Assembly: GCA_017654855.1 (NCBI GenBank)
Contig: CM030338.1
Span: forward strand, 62,001 to 126,000
Origin: Podospora anserina
Lineage: Eukaryota
Reading direction: 5' to 3'
DNA length: 64,000 nucleotides
Of this stretch, positions 61,903-64,000 are shown in pieces. The notes beneath the pieces were generated by a model. The model worked only from the letters and a program-made list of their open reading frames with translations. It made no database searches and was not told the origin of the DNA. A program made the translations under genes and the position numbers. Every line of letters begins with the position of its first letter. Position 1 is the first letter of the stretch.

Positions 61903-63433
61903 TGGACGTTGGTGTATGCCACGAGAATGGAGCACAAAAGGATTGCGCTTTAGTACACCTGGCCAGCCGGGGGCACCTTGGGTATTTAAGGTAGAGCGCC
62001 ATTCCCCTCTTGCAGAGCCTCCCTCTTCGCTCACACTACGGTTACGTAGCGCAGCATGAGAAAATTGAGAGAACGTGGGGATGATGGGGGCGGGGCATGA
62101 ACTCAGTCAAGAGGTGCCAAGGACTGGCCCGTGTCCCAAAGCAGGGTCACCAAATCTAGGCCACCCATCTTACCGCATACTTATTGAGTATCGTGATAGG
62201 GTGGGACATTGGCGGACTGACTGCTGGACACCTTACCCATCGAGCCCGGGATTAGGCTGCAGCTGCCCTTCGGAGTGGCATTCTTGACAGCTCTATTTTC
62301 TCCGCCAAGTGCGCCTTCTGCAGATGTAACTGCGCGGATTCAAGTCAATCTGGACGCCATCTGTCACCATCCGATCGTATCCGCCGGTCAAACACGGAAA
62401 GGGCGCTCAGTTGCGTTGCGGACATTTACACGCATGTTCTTTTCCTGATGATTGCGGGCATCCAGGCAGGTGGCTTGGGTAACACAACTGTCTCAGTGGA
62501 ACTGAAAGAACACAAGAACTGAGTGGGCTGGCTTTCTATTTGCTGTCCAACCTTTCTCGGGCAACAGGAGACTTCCTGCCTGAGAAGCCTGCAGCATGTT
62601 ATCAGCCAATCTCAGGGCTTAATGGCTTGCATCTAAGGTCTGAAGGTGGCCAAATTACCTGCATCACCGCGCCAAGCTTGAAGTTGTGTGACCAACCTAA
62701 CTATGAGGGATGGGTGCCTCGGCAGTGAATCACATCCTTAAGTTTGATGCGCGGAAATACTTTACTCAGGGGAGCTTTCAAGGAAACACCGATACCTCGT
62801 ACCGGTTGTCTGAATTTAAAACGACAACTTCCACCTGGTAGTCCTAGTAGCACACTTTGCACACAGAACTGGTGATGAGTGAGAGCTGGTGATATTCACC
62901 TGAGGGAGGGAGGGTTATCGTGGTTGATTCTGTCTTCGCCCACAGATATGTCCAAAACCCTTAACACCAATCATCGTCAGGCCAGCTCATCATGCATCGG
63001 CAAAGCTATATTTTCGGGTCAACTATATGAAAAGCTTTGACAGGTCGTTGGCTAGTTCAGGTATCCTAAGGATTGCTATTGGCCTTGTACCATAGTTACA
63101 CCACTACAGCCAGTTACGTGTCTTGGTTTTGGCATCGGCCTAATTTTGGTCCGATTTTGAGTCTCTTGATCAAGGTAGATGACGTGCAGTGGAGAGGTAG
63201 GCCTGGGTGTTTGCCAGCAAGTCTAAGTCGACCTTGGGCATCCGTAAAAGGATCCCAAACAATTTTAAAGTAGACATCCCTGGAATGTGTATTCTCATGC
63301 CATCTTATTCTTGGGTCTTCTCATAAAAGTACATATCTCATCACATCTAAGATTGCCCAAGCAGTAATATCACAAGTTCGTCCTGTCCCCCCCGAACGCC
63401 AATACCATGCCTTTTCTTTCTATGCGAGTTTTC

Positions 63434-64000
63434 CTAAACGCCCATACCTTCAAAAAACTTGACGCATAACACAGCCGCGATTGCGGCAATGCCACCCATG
63501 AGGGCCATTTGGATTCCCTCCCACAAGCTTCTTTTCAGATCCAACCACTTCATTCCCAAAACTATCCTGTGTTTCTTCTGTCCGCTTGTCCCGATCCACC
63601 CGGCCCGAGTCTGGTCCTTTGATTGCTGACTATTGAGGAAATAATCCTTCAAAAGGCCAAATAGGAACAGCGCTAGCAGGCAAACCGCAAAACTCCACCT
63701 GAGGCCCTCCTGCACATGTTCCACAAAGAAATAGGGGAACAATGGTAGCAGCCCGCCTAGAAGATACCCCAGTGACACTGAAAGTCCCACGAGGATGGGC
63801 GATGGTGCAGCTCTCTTTGCTTCGACTTCCTTCTCAATCAAGCTGCCTGTTTCTAAGCAACCATGGCGACTCCGATATCGCTTCTGCTGCTGTTCCAACT
63901 CCCTCAAAATGCCGGGGCATTTGGCCACATGCGACCTGATCTCATCTTGTAGTTTCGGCGAGAGCTCCAGAGGCGCTAAGTATCCCTCTAATAAATCATC
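63434..64000 (-). CDS. VIT1/CCC1-family vacuolar Fe/Mn transporter, 3' part (continues past the window edge)
   Basis: SPILVGLSVSLGYLLGGLLPLFPYFF...ALFLFGLLK...GIQMALMGGIAAIAA is the C-terminal three-helix signature of the family. The frame stays open to 64000. Orthology to CCC1 itself is not established. Confidence 0.88.
   Translation of the reverse strand, partial: DDLLEGYLAPLELSPKLQDEIRSHVAKCPGILRELEQQQKRYRSRHGCLETGSLIEKEVEAKRAAPSPILVGLSVSLGYLLGGLLPLFPYFFVEHVQEGLRWSFAVCLLALFLFGLLKDYFLNSQQSKDQTRAGWIGTSGQKKHRIVLGMKWLDLKRSLWEGIQMALMGGIAAIAAVLCVKFFEGMGV

Noticed and set aside
61030-63273. Several short overlapping ORFs (61030, 61065, 61309, 61470, 61679, 62075, 62540, 63073)
   Set aside because: Shadows of the membrane-protein gene or short intergenic frames without recognisable features.

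Overview
Filamentous-ascomycete genomic DNA. About 60 kb (671-60638) is one AT-rich island of RIP-mutated transposons, nested six levels deep inside a single 1.86-kb Fot1/Pot2-type (Tc1/mariner-pogo) DNA transposon at one TA site. Every junction has a readable target-site duplication (TSD). The nesting order is Fot copy F1 > solo LTR A > chromodomain gypsy B > copia C > two copies of an ~11.85-kb gypsy D, each carrying another D copy in the opposite orientation. B also holds a solo C LTR and a second Fot copy, F2. All element ORFs are RIP pseudogenes, read here by reverting C>T and G>A changes by eye. Both gypsy families carry an extra antisense ORF between pol and the 3' LTR: a small Zn(II)2Cys6/coiled-coil protein in B and a ~3-kb coding region of unknown function in D. 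Right of the island are a tRNA-Ser(GCT), a probable single-pass membrane protein gene and the 3' part of a VIT1/CCC1-family transporter gene. The left 670 bp looks intergenic. The species cannot be determined from the sequence alone.
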